Source of the DNA: Lama guanicoe
Taxonomy: Eukaryota
Length of the DNA stretch: 64,000 nucleotides
Reading direction: 5' to 3'
Assembly: GCA_013239625.1 (NCBI GenBank)
Contig: MU053881.1
Span: forward strand, 9,757,957-9,821,956
The notes under the pieces: model-generated
The model's database searches: none
Told to the model about the DNA's origin: nothing
What the model saw: the letters and a program-made list of their open reading frames with translations, nothing else
Part shown: in pieces, positions 62,729 to 64,000 of the stretch
Layout of the letters: every line of letters starts with the position of its first letter
Position numbering within the stretch: position 1 is the stretch's first letter
Made by a program: the position numbers and the translations under genes

Positions 62729-62772
62729 TACGTGCCAAACACTGTGCTACTACGTGCCGAACACTGTGCTAC
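62729..62772 (+). repeat. 22-bp tandem duplication
   Basis: tacgtgccaaacactgtgctac followed by tacgtgccgaacactgtgctac (1 mismatch). Confidence 0.95.
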
Positions 62773-64000
62773 AAATGTTGTAAGTGATGGTAGAGATTTC
62801 CATTTGACTCCACGCAATGTGAGGCAGCTAGAGCACTCTACTCCCACGCAAATCCATTAAAAGCCCAACACGATCCTGGGCACACAATTTTTTGTTTGTT
62901 TAATATTTAGACTCACGGCTGAGCTCCTGGGGAGAAAAAAGATCCCCTTTTTCTGGTAATTTCCATCATTTCTTCAAATGCATCCATGGAAACCCCTGGG
63001 GCTTCAAGGCAGTGCTTGGATTCTTTAAAAAGTGTTTTTACAAAGGAATTCATCTATAATCAAAGCAGCAATAATGAGTCAACCTGGGAAACATGATAAT
63101 TTCTCCTAAGGGTTAAGTTGTTTCAAATCAGAAGTCAAAATTATATTTATCCTAATGACAACCTTAAAAATGTAACACAGCATCCAATTTTTGCATAAAA
63201 ATTACACATTTTAAATACCAAAAGCTTGATGTGAATTTTACACTCTGTTTATGTTAAACCAAAAAAGTGAACTTAAAAGTAATCATGTAAATTGAATGAT
63301 AATAAGAGTTCTTTTATATTTTTAGACTACTTCAAATGAATAATTTAAAAGGCATCAAGCAAAATATTTTATTAACATAAAGTTAATGGTATATTTTTAT
63401 AGTACCTGATTTTCAAAAATTTGCACTAAGACATTATCATAATCAGCTCATGTCAGTTGTGTGCCATTTTACATACACTATTTTTGAATAAAGTTAATGC
63501 ACTCATTGGCGCAGAAGCTCAGTTTAAATCTCATTCCTGAACTACCACTGCTAGCCTTATTAAAATACTTTTAATTTGCCAACTTCTACGTAAATCTGAG
63601 GTGAAGATGGCTCTACTCATGGAAATGTAATTTCTGTCAGCAGTGTTTCTGATTCTATAACGAGGTCAAATAAAAAATTTGAGACATTTTTGTTCAAATA
63701 GGAGGGAAATCATAAGAATAGGCAGGTTACCCACCATGAAATAGAGCAGAAAGTATTTTTACTAGGAAATCACATCATGATACAAATAAAACTTTATGGT
63801 GGTTACTCTCCTATAAATTAGGTATTTATTCTTTTCCCATTACTGGGCCTTTTCTCAATGTGTTGGCTTAAACTGTAATATAAATCTGTAAATTACACGT
63901 GCCAAAGAGAATTGGCTTATTTTCAAATATGAATTTTCATGTACAATAATTTTACAGCAGATTATATTTGATATAAAATTGGGCAATTATTCAATAATGT

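Noticed and set aside
51728..62772. Short direct repeats as a CRISPR-like array
   Set aside because: Only two copies of each, no regular spacers, eukaryotic context and no cas genes.
1..64000. ORF-track entries of 60-146 aa as real genes
   Set aside because: They are short, often start at non-ATG codons, frequently overlap repeats or microsatellites, and show no recognisable domain except L1 ORF1p. This is what non-coding mammalian DNA is expected to give.
1..64000. tRNA, snoRNA, miRNA, NUMT or endogenous viral coding sequence
   Set aside because: I recognised no cloverleaf, known mature miRNA, mitochondrial gene or viral ORF by eye; an Infernal/Rfam and TBLASTN search would be needed to exclude them formally.

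Overview
AT-rich, CpG-depleted mammalian DNA that looks intronic or intergenic. I cannot support any protein-coding gene, RNA gene, CpG island, prokaryotic-type system or CRISPR array. The only ORF-track translation I recognise is a degenerate LINE-1 ORF1p piece (5178-5498, minus strand). Much of the window is old eutherian interspersed repeat: MIR, L2, L3/CR1, L1M*, hAT MITEs (MER58A/B, MER20, MER33, MER5-like) and ERVL/MaLR solo LTRs (MER74, MLT1). There are also a few younger L1 3' tails. Their wording, plus no recognisable Alu, B1/B2, Can-SINE, PRE-1, Bov-tA or CHR-2, points to a camelid genome (inference). Between the repeats lie several repeat-free, TAAT-rich blocks that look like candidate conserved enhancers. 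The best sequence-level observations are small: a poly(A)-only retro-insertion with a perfect 17-bp TSD, a 33/36-bp dispersed direct repeat at a MIR breakpoint, a 22-bp tandem duplication, an old L1 whose ORF1 is joined to its 3' UTR without ORF2, and some cryptic exon candidates. I found no evidence of a novel multi-gene system. Repeat family names come from recalled consensus sequences, and boundaries of old repeats are approximate (about +/-30 bp or more).
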